The position numbers and the translations under genes are program-made. A stretch of DNA of 64,000 bases from Candidatus Bathyarchaeota archaeon (GTDB lineage Archaea; Thermoproteota; Bathyarchaeia; Bathyarchaeales; Bathycorpusculaceae): NCBI GenBank assembly GCA_963702095.1, contig OY969706.1:2009840-2073839 (forward strand), given 5' to 3'. Every line of letters starts with the position of its first letter. The first letter of the stretch is position 1. This document shows, piece by piece, positions 46,275 to 56,828 of the stretch. The notes below the pieces were generated by a model. The model ran no database searches. It was not told where the DNA came from and worked only from the letters and a program-made list of their open reading frames with translations.

Positions 46275-49109
46275 TTAGTGATAAGGCTTAAGGAAGCCTC
46301 TTTTCTCTTTAATGCTGGCTTGAGCCGCTGCTAACCGAGCCACGGGCACACGGTACGGGGAGCAACTAACATAATCAAGGTTAATTCGGTGGCAGAACTC
46401 AATCGACGAAGGTTCACCGCCGTGTTCTCCGCAGATGCCCACTTTGAGGTCAGGACGGGTCTTGCGTCCCCACTCAACAGCAATCGCCATGAGTCTGCCG
46501 ACGCCTTTTACGTCGAGGATTTCAAAGGGGTTGTCTTGGAGTATTTTATGTTCGTTGTAGAAGGGCAGAAACTTGTTTTCAGCGTCTTCACGTGAGAAAC
46601 TAAAGGTGGCTTGGGTTAAATCGTTAGTTCCGAAGCTGAAAAACGACGCGATTTCCGCCAGTTTACCCGCCCTCATGCAGGCACGCACCACCTCAATCAT
46701 CGTGCCCACTGAGTAGGGGATGTTTATGTGGAGTTTGTCTTTGACCCGGCGTTCCACCCGCCGTATCATGCCGTAGACGCGGGTGAGCTCTTGACCGGTA
46801 CAGACCTGCGGAATCATAATCTCCACTTTAACAGGGATGGTTTGCTTGATTAATTGACCCGCAGCCAACAAAACCGCTTCCACCTGCATCTCGTAGATTT
46901 CAGGGTAAGTAATGCCTAAACGGACACCACGGTGCCCCAGCATAGGATTGACTTCGCGCAGTGTACGGATTTTCTGAAGGGTTTCCATCTTCTTTTTGAG
47001 TTCAGCCACTTGAAGTTCCGCAAGGTTGGAGAGCACATGCTCGTTTTCAGTTAAAACTGGAGCAAGCGAGGGCTCGAGACTGCGAAGCATCTCTGGAAGC
47101 TGGCTTACGCTGCATAGGGCTTCTTGGCATTTTTCGAGGGTTTCAATTTCGCGTTCAATGGCTTCTTCAGAGGGCAGAAACTCATGCAGAGGCGGATCAA
47201 GCAGACGAATTGTAACGGGAAACCCCTCCATAACCCGCAAAATATCCTCGAAATCTTTTTCCTGAAGCGGCAACAGCTTCTGCAGGGCTTCCACCCGTTC
47301 CTCAACCGTATCGGCAAGTATCATATCCTGAAATAGCCCGATGCGGTCGGCAGCGTTGAACATACGTTCGGTTCGGCAGAGTCCAATTCCTTCAGCGCCA
47401 AACTTTAACGCGTGTTGTGCATCGACGGGTGTGTCGGCGTTTGCGCGGACCCCTAATCTGCGATACTCGTCAGCCCAATCAAGGATGGTGGTCATGTTAT
47501 CGGAGATTTCGGGTTCCACCATGGGGATTTCTCCGAGCCACACTTTGCCAGAGGCGCCGTCGATGGTGATGATGGAGCCCTGAGTGATTCGGTTGGCGCC
47601 GACTTGAGCGGTTTTTTCGAATTGGTTAATTTTTATGTCGCCGGCGCCTGAAACGCATGGTTTGCCCATTCCACGAGCGACAACTGCGGCGTGACTGGTT
47701 TTGCCTCCGATAGAGGTCAAGATGCCCTCTGCAGCGAAGAAGCCATGGATATCTTCAGGCTTGGTTTGTTCACGGACAAGGATGACTTTTTTGCCTGCTT
47801 TTGCCTGCCGCTCCGCTTCGTCGGCGTCGAACACAACTTCGCCTGAAGCTGCGCCTGGAGAAGCACCCAAACCGGTGGCGACGGGGACAACTGTGTTTTC
47901 AGGGTCAATTTGGGAGTACATCAGCTGGGTAAGCTGGGCAGGGTTAAGCCTCAAAATTGCGTCTTCTTTGGTGATCAAGGCTTCGTTAACCATGTCGACG
48001 CTGGTTTTCATGCTTGCCGCCGCGTTCATTTTGGCGTTGCGGGTTTGCAGCATGTAGAGTTTGCCTTCTTGAATAGTAAACTCCATATCCTGCGGTTCAT
48101 GGAAATGACGTTCCAATGTCAAGCGAACTTTATTGAGCGCATCATACGTTTCTGGCATGTTGTCCCGCATCTGTGCAATCGGCTTGGGCGTACGGATGCC
48201 AGCAACGATGTCTTCACCTTGCGCTTTGTCCAAGTAATCGCCGAACAACACGTTTTCGCCTGTGCCCGGGTCCCGTGTGAACGCCACGCCAGTAGCTGAG
48301 TTGGAGCCTAAGTTGCCAAAAACCATGGTTTGCACGTTGGCTGCGGTGCCGTTGGCAATTTTCGACGTAATCTTGAATTCACGACGGTAGTCTATAGCGC
48401 GTTTCCCGTTCCAAGAGGCAAAAACAGCTTCTATAGCCAAAAACAGCTGCTGGTAAGGGTCCTGTGGAGCGGGTTTGCCCGTGCGTTCCTGAATGATATG
48501 TTTAAAAATGCTGACTAGTTCCTGCATATCCTGAGTGGTTAATTCAAGGTCTAATTCGACTTTGCGGTCCTCTTTGAGCTTCTCCATGGCAACGTGGAAT
48601 TCTTCATCGGGAATACTAAGAACGATATTACCGAATAAGGATAGGAAACGGCGGTAGCTATCCCAGCCGAAACGTTCATCGCCACTGCGTTTGATAAGTC
48701 CCTCCACGGTTCGGTCGTTTATGCCTAAATTAAGCACGGTATCCATCATACCGGGCATTGAGATTGCGGCGCCGCTACGCACTGAAACAAGAAGGGGCTT
48801 ATCGGGGTCTCCGAAACCGAGGTTCATGGCTTTCTCCACTTCCGCCATGGCGGCTTCCACTTGGTCGATTAAGCCTTCAGGAAAATGGAAACTGTTTTCA
48901 AAGTATTCCAGACAAGCCTGCGTCGTAATAACGAAACCTGATGGAACAGGCAACCCTATCTGGGTCATCTCGCAAAGACCAGCGCCTTTGCCGCCTAAGA
49001 GTTTTTTGTCTTTTCCGTTTCCTTCTTCAAACCTGTAAACGTATTTTTGAGCTGCCGTGCTTTTGGGTTCGTGTGTTTTGGCATAGCTTTGGCTGGTTTG
49101 TTCTATCAA
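46275..49109 (-). CDS. ppdK: Pyruvate, phosphate dikinase
   Basis: 944 aa. 'LLGGKGAGLCEMTQIGLPVPSGF', phosphohistidine loop 'GGKTSHAAVVARGMGKPCV', and PEP-utilising C-terminus 'FSFGTNDLTQ' and 'GICGEHGGEP'. Confidence 0.95.
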   Translation of the reverse strand: MIEQTSQSYAKTHEPKSTAAQKYVYRFEEGNGKDKKLLGGKGAGLCEMTQIGLPVPSGFVITTQACLEYFENSFHFPEGLIDQVEAAMAEVEKAMNLGFGDPDKPLLVSVRSGAAISMPGMMDTVLNLGINDRTVEGLIKRSGDERFGWDSYRRFLSLFGNIVLSIPDEEFHVAMEKLKEDRKVELDLELTTQDMQELVSIFKHIIQERTGKPAPQDPYQQLFLAIEAVFASWNGKRAIDYRREFKITSKIANGTAANVQTMVFGNLGSNSATGVAFTRDPGTGENVLFGDYLDKAQGEDIVAGIRTPKPIAQMRDNMPETYDALNKVRLTLERHFHEPQDMEFTIQEGKLYMLQTRNAKMNAAASMKTSVDMVNEALITKEDAILRLNPAQLTQLMYSQIDPENTVVPVATGLGASPGAASGEVVFDADEAERQAKAGKKVILVREQTKPEDIHGFFAAEGILTSIGGKTSHAAVVARGMGKPCVSGAGDIKINQFEKTAQVGANRITQGSIITIDGASGKVWLGEIPMVEPEISDNMTTILDWADEYRRLGVRANADTPVDAQHALKFGAEGIGLCRTERMFNAADRIGLFQDMILADTVEERVEALQKLLPLQEKDFEDILRVMEGFPVTIRLLDPPLHEFLPSEEAIEREIETLEKCQEALCSVSQLPEMLRSLEPSLAPVLTENEHVLSNLAELQVAELKKKMETLQKIRTLREVNPMLGHRGVRLGITYPEIYEMQVEAVLLAAGQLIKQTIPVKVEIMIPQVCTGQELTRVYGMIRRVERRVKDKLHINIPYSVGTMIEVVRACMRAGKLAEIASFFSFGTNDLTQATFSFSREDAENKFLPFYNEHKILQDNPFEILDVKGVGRLMAIAVEWGRKTRPDLKVGICGEHGGEPSSIEFCHRINLDYVSCSPYRVPVARLAAAQASIKEKRGFLKPYH

Positions 49110-49345
49110 AAATATTCCTCACGTTAGCGAGGGGGAGTTGTAAAATAAATGTATGTGGTTGTAGGTGTAAGCCAACATAAAGAGCTTGATGGTTTTGCTT
49201 CAGGATGTAAGGGAGAACGTATAAACAAAAAATTGTGTGAGGCAAAATCCTAAAAAACAAGTTTTTTCTTATTTACTAAGGCAACATTCAATGTAATTTT
49301 GGGTTAACTTCGGCAGAGGTTTAATCGCTAACAATAGGTGATTTA

Positions 49346-49789
49346 ATGGTTTTAGCTCAGGCAGATGTAATCTCAAGCATCAGGGAGCACCTCCAAAAAA
49401 GAGGATTCAAAGTCTCTCATTCCATCGACAAAGACTCCATCGAATTCTATGCGGAAAAAAACCGTGAAAAATTCGTAATAGAAGGGATATGGGAGACTGA
49501 ACCGCCGAACCCAAAAAAAATCACCTATGCACTTGGCAAAATTGTAAAGCGAATGAAAGAGCGGGGATTCTGGATTTATTATGGAATCGCCATGCCGAAA
49601 AGCTACTTCAGGCTCCTAAGCGAGTTTGAGGTAACTGGATTTGAGACGTTGGGGCTTCATTTGTTTTTGGTGGAAAGTTTCTATGAAGTGTCACATCTTG
49701 ACCCCAAGATGGCTATTGAACTAATTGAGGATGTTAAAACTGGCAACATAACCGATGAATATGTTTGGAGCATCAATTATGGATTGTAG
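49346..49789 (+). CDS. Hypothetical protein
   Basis: 147-aa ORF with an alpha/beta-looking composition. No family recognised. Confidence 0.45.
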   Translation: MVLAQADVISSIREHLQKRGFKVSHSIDKDSIEFYAEKNREKFVIEGIWETEPPNPKKITYALGKIVKRMKERGFWIYYGIAMPKSYFRLLSEFEVTGFETLGLHLFLVESFYEVSHLDPKMAIELIEDVKTGNITDEYVWSINYGL

Positions 49790-49933
49790 ATAGCGCAGTT
49801 TTTGCGGAATTGCCTAGGAGCAACTCGATAAGAGCCGCTGACAAAAATTTTAACAAGAGTTTACACTTCGATTTGGGAAAATGCTTTAAAGCAATCCCAT
49901 CAACCTAAGGGGCTAAGCGGGTAATCCCTCGGC

Positions 49934-50848
49934 ATGGCAGAACAAAAAGAGAAGAAAGAAAAAAAGAAAACAGCATTCGATTACCACTCGTCGCGGTTTT
50001 TTGCGCTAGTATTCCCCGCCATCTACTTAGCCGCCATAGCCGTCTTCAGTTTAATCTACCACATTATCCCCGGACCTGAACTGATTATCTTGGCGTTTCT
50101 GATCTACGCAGCCTACAACAAAACCACTTGGCGGTTCCTCAAAGACTGGCTGCCCTTCATCACGGTGTTTGTTTCCTACGAAATCCTCTATGGCTTCGTC
50201 GGCAGCGTCGCCGCAAACAATCTCCACAGCGGACCCTACAACCTTGAATTAGGCTTGTTTGGGCAACTGCCAAGCATTACCCTGCAGCAAACCATACGTT
50301 TGCCCACACTGGATTATCTGGGCGCCTTCTTCTACTCCCTGCACTTCTTTGCCCCCACCATCTTCGCCTTCATCCTCTGGAAGGTGAGCCCAAAAAACTA
50401 CTGGAAATACACTGTGGCTTTCGGCGTACTCACATATGCTGCTTTGATAACTTTCCTGTTTTATCCTGTGGCGCCGCCTTGGATTGAAGTCCCAGGAAGC
50501 GTTAGCCGCATACTAACTAGTTCAGTAGACCACAGTTTAGGCATTCCAGTTTACAAGACACTCTTTGACTTCCTCAGCCCAGACCTATACGCTGCCTTCC
50601 CCAGCATGCACTCGGCACTGCCCCTGCTGATTTCGCTCTTCTCCATCAAAATCTGGAGAAAAAAAGCCCTGCCGATACTCATTTTCCCCGTAGGCGTATG
50701 GTTTAGTGCAGTTTACCTCGGCGAACACTACATCGTGGATGTGTTGGGCGGAATCGCTTATGCGGTCGTCGCCTTTGTTGCGGTCGAGAAGTTGTTGCCT
50801 CTGATTTCAAGCCGAAGCAGTTTCCTAAAGAAGCACCTGCCAATCTAA
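49934..50848 (+). CDS. PAP2-superfamily membrane protein (PAP2_3 / inositol-phosphoceramide-synthase-like subgroup)
   Basis: 304 aa, polytopic. 'AAFPSMHSALPLL' and 'YLGEHYIVDVLGG' correspond to PAP2 motifs C2 and C3. Confidence 0.8.
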   Translation: MAEQKEKKEKKKTAFDYHSSRFFALVFPAIYLAAIAVFSLIYHIIPGPELIILAFLIYAAYNKTTWRFLKDWLPFITVFVSYEILYGFVGSVAANNLHSGPYNLELGLFGQLPSITLQQTIRLPTLDYLGAFFYSLHFFAPTIFAFILWKVSPKNYWKYTVAFGVLTYAALITFLFYPVAPPWIEVPGSVSRILTSSVDHSLGIPVYKTLFDFLSPDLYAAFPSMHSALPLLISLFSIKIWRKKALPILIFPVGVWFSAVYLGEHYIVDVLGGIAYAVVAFVAVEKLLPLISSRSSFLKKHLPI

Positions 50849-50975
50849 AAGTGCTAGCGGCATTTCTTTGACCAAGGATAGAGATTATTCCCAAGAAAAA
50901 GGGGAACCAACCCTAGCTCCGTTTAATTCAATGATAATAAAAAAGTTTGCAGTTGAAGGTATGTTGCTTGGCTAA

Positions 50976-51556
<581 letters not shown>

Positions 51557-51566
51557 AACAATCCCT

Positions 51567-52019
51567 TTACTTAACGATTAATACGGGACAGAGAGAATAC
51601 TCAATTACTCTTTCTGCAACGCTGCCTAAAAGAATTCTCTCTGCACCACGGCGGCCATACGTTCCCATCACAATCAAATCCACTTCCAAACCCTTAGCGA
51701 ACCCCGTGATCTGCTCAAACGGCCTACCCTTTGCAACAATGGAGGAGACTTTAACATTTTCTTTCTCTGCGAGACCGACAACATAGTTTACGTTGCGTTG
51801 GCCGTCAGCTTTGAGTTCACCTTCGATGTCTGCTTGCTCGATGGACTGAGAAAACTTTTCGACAATCAATTCGTCCACGACGTAGAGGACTATGATTTCG
51901 GCGTTGTGGGTTTTTGCGATGCTTATGGCATACTCTGCCGCGCGGATGCTGTAGCCTGAACCGTCGGTGGGAACAAGTATTTTCTGGATTGTTTGAGAAC
52001 TAAACTTTTTCAATCTCAC
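51567..52019 (-). CDS. Universal stress protein (UspA family)
   Basis: 150 aa. 'KILVPTDGSGYS', 'LIVMGTYGRRGAERILLGSVAERV'. Its start overlaps the atpD stop by 4 nt. Confidence 0.9.
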   Translation of the reverse strand: MRLKKFSSQTIQKILVPTDGSGYSIRAAEYAISIAKTHNAEIIVLYVVDELIVEKFSQSIEQADIEGELKADGQRNVNYVVGLAEKENVKVSSIVAKGRPFEQITGFAKGLEVDLIVMGTYGRRGAERILLGSVAERVIEYSLCPVLIVK

Positions 52020-52654
52020 AATCTCCTTCTATGGCCGCTAATCATCGATTTAATCCTTTTAGTGCGGACGAATTCTTCGCGTTCCTTCTCCTCCAAAACC
52101 AACTCGATCCACTTAGCGGTGCTGCGGTATCTTGGAATCAACACGTGGTTGAGGGCGTTGACTCTGCGCTGGGTTCGGCGGACATCGTTTGCAATCTGGA
52201 AAGTGGTGCCTTCAGCTTGGGCTAAATGCGACAGTATTTTGATGACTTTGTAGAAGTGTTTGAAGGCGCGGTCGAGTTCAACGTTGGTGTTTGCGAAGCC
52301 GTAGTCGGGTTTAACGTCGGTTTCGCCTTGGAAGGTTACAAGGGGAACAGTGACGCCCATGATGCTGCGGAAATCTTCAAGGTACTCAGCCTTGTTGGTG
52401 GAGCCTAACGCGACGTTAGCTATGGTTTCTGAGCCTTTAGCTATGCTGGCTTCGCGCAGACTCACATAGGCTTTACGTAGCTCCTCTGAGAGGTCAGCGC
52501 GTGTTCGCTCTGCATCGTAGATGCTGTTGCGGAGTTCACGGAGGAGTATGTCGCGTTTGCGTTCCAGCACTTCCCGTCCAGACTCCGCGAGTTTAAGCGT
52601 TTTTTTGGTTTGTATAAGGTTGATTCTGGTGGGGCTGATGTTTTCCTGCGACAT
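52016..52654 (-). CDS. atpD: A-type ATP synthase subunit D
   Basis: 212 aa. 'ISPTRINLIQTKKTLKLAESGREVLERKRDILLREL' and the C-terminal 'LEEKEREEFVRTKRIK' are typical of V/A-ATPase subunit D. Confidence 0.92.
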   Translation of the reverse strand: MSQENISPTRINLIQTKKTLKLAESGREVLERKRDILLRELRNSIYDAERTRADLSEELRKAYVSLREASIAKGSETIANVALGSTNKAEYLEDFRSIMGVTVPLVTFQGETDVKPDYGFANTNVELDRAFKHFYKVIKILSHLAQAEGTTFQIANDVRRTQRRVNALNHVLIPRYRSTAKWIELVLEEKEREEFVRTKRIKSMISGHRRRL

Positions 52655-52657
52655 CTT

Positions 52658-54055
52658 CTATGTTGCCTCAGCATCAGTTTTGGGACAATACTTCTGAATA
52701 TACTCTGGTTTTATGCTTGTTAACTCTTCTTCCGGCAAATCGGAGAGTGCATCCCAGGCGATAGAGAGGGTTTGCTCGATGGTTCGGTTCTCGTTTTTGC
52801 CCTGGTTGATGAGGGTTTTCTCGAAGAATTCGCCGAAACGGAGGTACTCTTTGTCTCTGCTGCCTAAGCCTTCCTCGCCGATGATTGTAACCAAGGATTT
52901 AACCGAGTTGTACTGGGCATAGGCGGCATAGAGTTGGGCGGCTACGTTGGCGTGGTCTTCTCGGGTGCTGCCTGCGCCGATGCCGTCTTTCATCAGTCTG
53001 GAAAGGCTGGTTGAAATGTAGATCGGCGGGTAAATGCCCTGTTTTTCGAGACTGCGGCTAAGCACAATTTGTCCTTCAGTGATGTAGCCTGTTAAGTCGG
53101 GGATGGGGTGGGTGATATCGTCGTTTGGCATAGTTAAGATAGGCATCTGGGTGATACTGCCTTTCTTGCCTGTAATCCTGCCTGCCCGTTCATAGATGCT
53201 GGCTAAGTCACTGTACATGTAGCCGGGGTAGCCTTTGCGGCTTGGCACTTCCTCCATAGCTGAACTGACTTCCCTTAGCGCCTCACAGTAGTTAGTCATA
53301 TCCGTCATAACAACGAGCACGTGGGAGTCTTGGTCAAAGGCAAGGTACTCCGCCAAAGTCAAGCCAGCACGCGGCGTAATGATACGTTCAACCGGGGGGT
53401 CTTCAGCAAGATTGAGGAACATGGCAACGTTTTTGATGGCACCTGTTTCTTCAAAGCTCTTCTGGAAGAAAGCCGCGTCGTCGTGTTCGAGTCCCATGGC
53501 GATGAAGACGATGTTGAAGGGTTCGTTGGCGCTGCGGATTTGTGCTTGGCGGACGATTTGAGCGGCTAATTCGTTGTGGCTCAATCCTGGACCAGAGAAC
53601 ACTGGAAGTTTCTGTCCGCGGACTAGGCTGGTTAAGCCGTCGATGGCGGATATGCCGGTTTGGATGAAGTCTTTGGGGTAAGCGCGTGCAGTTGGGTTAA
53701 GTGGGAACCCGTTGACGTCGCGTTTTTCTTCGCTGAAGAAGCGTGGGTGACCGTCGATGGGTTCGCCGAAGCTGTTCATGACTCGCCCCAGCATTTCCGT
53801 GGACACCGGCACTTCTAGGGGTCTGTTGAGGAAGCGGGTGCGTGTCGCCGAAAGGGACAATCCTGTGGTGCCTTCGAAAACCTGCACTGTAACGGCTTTC
53901 TGGGTTACTTGGATGACTTTGCCGAGGCGGGTTTCGCCGGTTTGGGTTTTGACTGCGACCAATTCGTCGTAGCCGACTTGCTTAACGTTCTCGACTACTA
54001 TGATTGGTCCTGAAATTGAAGCTACGCCTTTATACTCAAGTCCTGTTCCTGCCAT
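52658..54055 (-). CDS. atpB: A-type ATP synthase subunit B
   Basis: 465 aa. '[15 protein letters not shown]', '[21 protein letters not shown]', '[22 protein letters not shown]'. Confidence 0.96.
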   Translation of the reverse strand: MAGTGLEYKGVASISGPIIVVENVKQVGYDELVAVKTQTGETRLGKVIQVTQKAVTVQVFEGTTGLSLSATRTRFLNRPLEVPVSTEMLGRVMNSFGEPIDGHPRFFSEEKRDVNGFPLNPTARAYPKDFIQTGISAIDGLTSLVRGQKLPVFSGPGLSHNELAAQIVRQAQIRSANEPFNIVFIAMGLEHDDAAFFQKSFEETGAIKNVAMFLNLAEDPPVERIITPRAGLTLAEYLAFDQDSHVLVVMTDMTNYCEALREVSSAMEEVPSRKGYPGYMYSDLASIYERAGRITGKKGSITQMPILTMPNDDITHPIPDLTGYITEGQIVLSRSLEKQGIYPPIYISTSLSRLMKDGIGAGSTREDHANVAAQLYAAYAQYNSVKSLVTIIGEEGLGSRDKEYLRFGEFFEKTLINQGKNENRTIEQTLSIAWDALSDLPEEELTSIKPEYIQKYCPKTDAEAT

Positions 54056-54061
54056 AGGGAT

Positions 54062-55831
54062 CTACCTCAAAGTTGCCTCCAACACAACAAAATTCTCATT
54101 CATACGCGTCTCTAAATCATCCAGTTTCCCCACTTGGTCGTTGGGAATCTGGTTTTTCATACGCATAATTTCTTCTACAACCGTTAACTCTGTTACTTTG
54201 AATATGGGTGCGCCTTTACTCACTACGTCTTCGGCGAGACGGTGGAAGTCCACGATGATTTTTAGCATCTTGAACTGTTTTTGGGGGCTGCAGTAGGTGT
54301 CGATGGGGTCAAGCGCGTTTTGCTGCAGAAAAGCGATGCGGATGATGCGGGCGGTTTCCAAGAGTAGGCGCTGTTTGTCGGGGAGTGCTTCGGGACCCAC
54401 AAGTTTAACGATGTTTTTGAGTTCATCTTCGGCTTGCAAGATGCGCATGGCTTCTTCGCGGTAACTGTTCCATTTACTATCGATGTTATCGTGCCACCAG
54501 CCGGCGAGGTCAACGATGTAGCCACTGTAACTTTGCATCCAGTTAATGGAGGGGTAGTGGCGTGCGTCTGCAAGTTCAGCGTCAAGCGCCCAGAACACTC
54601 GGGTGAAACGTTTAGTGTGCTGTGTAACTGGCTCTGAGAAGTCTCCGCCTGGAGGCGAAACCGCTCCGATGGCACAGATTGAGCCGACGCGGTTGCCGCT
54701 GCCCAATGTTTGGACGACACCTGTGCGTTCATAGAACTCAGCGAGGCGCGAAGGCAAATAGCTTGGGAAACCTTCTTCAGCGGGCATTTCTTCGAGTCTG
54801 CCTGAAACTTCACGGAGCGCTTCTGCCCATCTGCTGGTTGAGTCAGCCATCAACGCCACGGCGTAGCCCATGTCGCGGTAGTATTCTGCGATGGCTATTC
54901 CTGTGTAGATGCTGGCTTCGCGGGCGGACACTGGCATGTTGCTTGTGTTGGCGATGAGGATTGTGCGTTCCATTAGTGGGTGACCTGTGGTGGGGTCGAT
55001 GAGTTTGGGGAAGCTGTCGAGCACATCGACCATTTCGTTACCGCGTTCTCCACAGCCCACGTAGATTACTATGTTGGCGTCTGACCATTTCGCGAGTTGT
55101 TGTTGAGTAACGGTTTTGCCTGCGCCGAAGGGTCCGGGGATAGAGGCGCTTCCGCCTTTGGCGATGGGGAAGAATGTGTCGATGACACGTTGCCCCGTAA
55201 TTAGAGGACTGAATGCGAAGAGGCGTTTGATGTGGGGACGGGGGCTTCGGACTGGCCATTGTTGGAGCATGGCAACTTCGGTTTTCGCGCCGTTGTTATC
55301 CAAAGTGGCGATGGAGTCTGTGATTGTATATTCGCCCTGTGACACAATTTTCTTTACTGTGCCCTGTACACCTATGGGAACCATAACACGGTGCTCAACC
55401 AAGTCGGATTCTTGAACTGTACCCAAAATGTCGCCGCCGACCACTTTTTCGCCGATTTGAGCTTTGGGTGTAAACATCCATTTTTTTGTTCTGGAGAGCG
55501 CCGTGACTCCTTTGACTTGTTTGATGAATGGGCCGGTGAGTTCTTTTAGTGTTTCTAGCGGCCTCTGTATGCCGTCGAAAGTGTTGCCCACTAAGCCCGG
55601 TCCCAACTCAACTGAGAGGGGGCTGCCTGTGCCTACGACGGGTTCGTCGAGTTTTAAGCCGGTGGTGTTCTGGTAAACTTGGATAGTGGCGAATTCGCCT
55701 TCTAAACGGATGATTTCGCCGATTAAGCCGTCATGTCCCACTTCGACCATTTCATGCATAACCGCGTCTGACATGCCTTTGGCTTCCACGACGGGTCCTG
55801 CAACACGTATAACGCTGCCTTCAACAGTCAT
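54062..55831 (-). CDS. atpA: A-type ATP synthase catalytic subunit A
   Basis: 589 aa. Walker A 'IPGPFGAGKTVTQQ', 'GERGNEM', 'LMADSTSRWAEALREVSGRLEEMP'. No intein is present. Confidence 0.96.
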   Translation of the reverse strand: MTVEGSVIRVAGPVVEAKGMSDAVMHEMVEVGHDGLIGEIIRLEGEFATIQVYQNTTGLKLDEPVVGTGSPLSVELGPGLVGNTFDGIQRPLETLKELTGPFIKQVKGVTALSRTKKWMFTPKAQIGEKVVGGDILGTVQESDLVEHRVMVPIGVQGTVKKIVSQGEYTITDSIATLDNNGAKTEVAMLQQWPVRSPRPHIKRLFAFSPLITGQRVIDTFFPIAKGGSASIPGPFGAGKTVTQQQLAKWSDANIVIYVGCGERGNEMVDVLDSFPKLIDPTTGHPLMERTILIANTSNMPVSAREASIYTGIAIAEYYRDMGYAVALMADSTSRWAEALREVSGRLEEMPAEEGFPSYLPSRLAEFYERTGVVQTLGSGNRVGSICAIGAVSPPGGDFSEPVTQHTKRFTRVFWALDAELADARHYPSINWMQSYSGYIVDLAGWWHDNIDSKWNSYREEAMRILQAEDELKNIVKLVGPEALPDKQRLLLETARIIRIAFLQQNALDPIDTYCSPQKQFKMLKIIVDFHRLAEDVVSKGAPIFKVTELTVVEEIMRMKNQIPNDQVGKLDDLETRMNENFVVLEATLR

Positions 55832-56460
55832 TGCGGGGTCTCTCCAAAGAGTTGTTTAGCTACTTGTACACGCAGTTGAGGTTTAAGTTCCTCTAGGCGG
55901 TTATCGAGAGTGGCGTCGTAGATTATTTTGCCGTCGCCGCTTTGGATTTTGCATCCGCCAATGTAGTCTTCAGTTTTCTCAGAAAGTTGAAGGTCACTGT
56001 GGATTTTCTCGGAGGTTTTTTCGAGCATATCTTGGGTTAACCAACCTTTATCTTTGGCGTTAACTTGAACAATGAGGTTTTTTTGCCCCATCTTTTTAGC
56101 AGTGTCCTCTATGAGGGTGAGGAGATAGTCATTGTATTCGCTGCTTTGGGCAAAATTCTTGAGTTTCTCCGTCGCCTTCTCAAAAGCTGCATCCACCAAA
56201 TCCTCTTTTGCTTGAAGCAGGCGGTTTCGCACTTCAACCTCTGCAACCGAAGCGATTTTACGTTTCTCTGCCTCAGCTCTATGTTTAGCTTGAACAATTA
56301 TTGCACGGTAGTTTTCTTTCGCTTTTTCGTTAGCGACTTTCAAGCTTTCTTTAGCTTGGTTTTCAGCAGCCAAGATGAGTGTTTCAGCTTCTTTCTGCAC
56401 GTCGCCGATGACTTCGTTGGCAATCCCGGATATTCCAGTTTTAACAGTCATAAATTCCAC
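55828..56460 (-). CDS. atpE: A-type ATP synthase subunit E
   Basis: 210 aa. Long N-terminal helix 'EAETLILAAENQAKESLKVANEKAKENYRAII...' followed by a globular C-terminus. Its stop overlaps the atpA start. Confidence 0.85.
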   Translation of the reverse strand: MEFMTVKTGISGIANEVIGDVQKEAETLILAAENQAKESLKVANEKAKENYRAIIVQAKHRAEAEKRKIASVAEVEVRNRLLQAKEDLVDAAFEKATEKLKNFAQSSEYNDYLLTLIEDTAKKMGQKNLIVQVNAKDKGWLTQDMLEKTSEKIHSDLQLSEKTEDYIGGCKIQSGDGKIIYDATLDNRLEELKPQLRVQVAKQLFGETPQ

Positions 56461-56525
56461 TCTACATCTTTATGCCCAATATTTTACTGATGGTATCGGA
56501 GAGTTTCACTTCTGTTTGGGGACCT

Positions 56526-56771
56526 TTACTGCCAGGGCAACTCGACGATTAAGGGGGTTACGCGTTCCTGGCGGATCCTGTCGATTTGATCACGGATGGC
56601 GGGGTCCCTGGAGAAGGCTTCGCTGATGATAATTATAACTATGTCGCTGCGTGCAAGGGCTTTGTCTAAGGCGTGCCTTACTTCATCAAGGGAGTTAGCT
56701 TCTGCGCCTTCGAGCCCGATGAGCTTAAAGCCAGTGAGCATGTCACTATCCCCGATTACATAGCCAATCAT
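56526..56771 (-). CDS. atpF: A-type ATP synthase subunit F
   Basis: 81 aa. 'IGYVIGDSDMLTGFKLIGLEGAE...DIVIIIISEAF' is the classic subunit F pattern. Confidence 0.85.
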   Translation of the reverse strand: MIGYVIGDSDMLTGFKLIGLEGAEANSLDEVRHALDKALARSDIVIIIISEAFSRDPAIRDQIDRIRQERVTPLIVELPWQ

Positions 56772-56828
56772 GCACTCACCTAATATAACTTTAAATGCTT
56801 GTTAGCAAATTCAAAATTACTGTTAAAA